Source: the human T2T-CHM13v2.0 reference genome, Homo sapiens. From it: a stretch of 64,000 bases of DNA. Location: the NCBI RefSeq assembly GCF_009914755.1, contig NC_060945.1. The stretch is one strand, 5' to 3'. Below the pieces are notes generated by a model. It worked only from the letters and a program-made list of their open reading frames with translations, searched no databases and was not told where the DNA came from. Numbering within the stretch: position 1 is the stretch's first letter; the number at the start of each line of letters is the position of its first letter. A program made the translations under genes and the position numbers. This document shows positions 63,201-64,000 of this stretch, one piece after another.

Positions 63201-64000
63201 CATAAAATATGAAAGTACATCAAATATATATTTTATTCTGTACATAAAATATCAAAGTACACCAGATATATATTCTATAGTGTACATAAAATATCAAAGT
63301 ATCCAAACTATACATTATATACTGTACATAAAATATGAAATTACATCAAATATATATTATATTAGGTACAGAAAATATGAAAGTACATCAAATATAGATT
63401 ATATAGTGTACATAAAATACCAAAGTACCCCAAATATATATATTATACTGTACATGAAATATCAAAGTTCACAAACTATATATTATATACTGTACATAAA
63501 ATATCAATGTACCCAAGGTATATATTCTATACTGTACAAAAAATATCAAAGTACCCAAAGCATGTATTATATACTGTACATAAAATATGAAAGTACATCA
63601 AATATATATTTTATTCTGTAAATACAATATCAAAGTACACCAAATATATATTCTATACTGTACATAGAATATCAAAGAACCCAAACTATACATTATATAC
63701 TGTACATAAAATATGAAATTACATCAAATATATTTTATATTAGGTACATAAAATATGAAAGTACATCAAATATAGATTATATGCTGTACATAAAATAAAA
63801 AAGTACCCAAATATATATTATATACTGTACATGAAATACCAAAGTTCACAAACTATATATTATATACTGTACATAAAATATCAATGTACCCAAGGTATAT
63901 ATTCTATACTGTACAAATAATATCAAAGTACCCAAAGCATGTATTATATACTGTACATAAAATATGAAATTACATCAAATATATATTTTATTCTGTACAC
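51224..64000 (+). repeat. Copy 2 of the 50,644-bp-offset duplication (runs off the window end)
   Basis: Shares rare variants with 580-13356, e.g. ATTAAAGATA, TAAGATATG, CACGTATT, GTACAGCAAA, GGAACACC. Confidence 0.93.

Larger units (their letters stand above)
1..64000 (+). repeat. Human satellite 1A (HSat1A / SAR, classical satellite I) tandem array: 42-bp monomer, 9-mer 378/373-bp HOR, about 170 HOR copies
   Basis: Continuous 42-bp periodicity (14-aa periodicity in the ORF track). The monomer ACATAAAATAT(C/G)AAAGT-ACCCAAACTATATATTATATACTGT matches the known 17+25 bp RsaI satellite I unit. Nine distinguishable monomers recur in fixed order. Same orientation throughout, with no non-satellite sequence seen. 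Confidence 0.97.

Noticed and set aside
80-63621. The many + strand ORFs (63-614 aa) as protein-coding genes
   Set aside because: They are translations of the 42/378-bp satellite. Boundaries coincide with a recurrent 5-bp deletion and sporadic stops, and there is no domain structure or unique sequence.
1-64000. CRISPR-like array (conserved ~25-bp core alternating with variable segments)
   Set aside because: The variable parts are homologous to each other and cycle every nine monomers. There are no unique spacers, leader or cas genes.
1-64000. AT-rich protist, organellar or viral repeat-protein gene (e.g. Plasmodium-like antigen)
   Set aside because: Monomer sequence, RsaI 17/25 spacing and the 378-bp 9-mer fit HSat1A, and frequent frameshifting indels are incompatible with coding constraint.
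1-64000. Alpha satellite / CENP-B boxes, HSat2/3, or HSat1B
   Set aside because: There is no 171-bp period, no CENP-B box (needs CpGs), no CATTC pentamers, and no Alu-containing ~2.4-kb unit.
1-64000. TATA boxes (TATAAA, TATATA) and short palindromes (TGTACA, CTATAG, TATATA-T-TATATA) as promoters, hairpins or terminators
   Set aside because: They are inevitable in such AT-rich repeat DNA. Stems are only about 6 bp of A/T and no site is distinguishable from hundreds of others.
1-64000. Assignment to a specific chromosome or haplotype
   Set aside because: HSat1A occurs on several chromosomes. Assignment needs a k-mer search against complete assemblies, which I cannot run.

Overview
The whole 64 kb window is one uninterrupted, single-orientation AT-rich tandem satellite. 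The monomer is 42 bp (consensus ACATAAAATATCAAAGTACCCAAACTATATATTATATACTGT, two GTAC/RsaI sites spaced 17+25 bp), organised into a 9-monomer higher-order repeat (HOR) of 378 bp or 373 bp (5-bp deletion variant). This matches human/hominid classical satellite I, i.e. HSat1A (Repbase SAR), typical of pericentromeric and acrocentric heterochromatin. I found no genes, RNA genes, transposon insertions or inversions. All ORFs are artefacts of a repeat whose period is divisible by 3. The information lies in the variant pattern: nested duplications with offsets of 755, 1261, 2530, 5630, 6136, 8011, 12890, 19776, 39412 and 48770/50644 bp, a decaying ~8 kb (21-HOR) super-unit, and 6-, 7-, 11- and 12-monomer HOR variants. 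The most notable functional hypothesis is that the + strand carries a canonical Pumilio response element (UGUAHAUA) in about 6 of 9 monomers (roughly 900-1000 sites, estimated), whereas the - strand consensus lacks it. Offsets come from the ORF track plus manual reading of diagnostic variants, so breakpoints are approximate.
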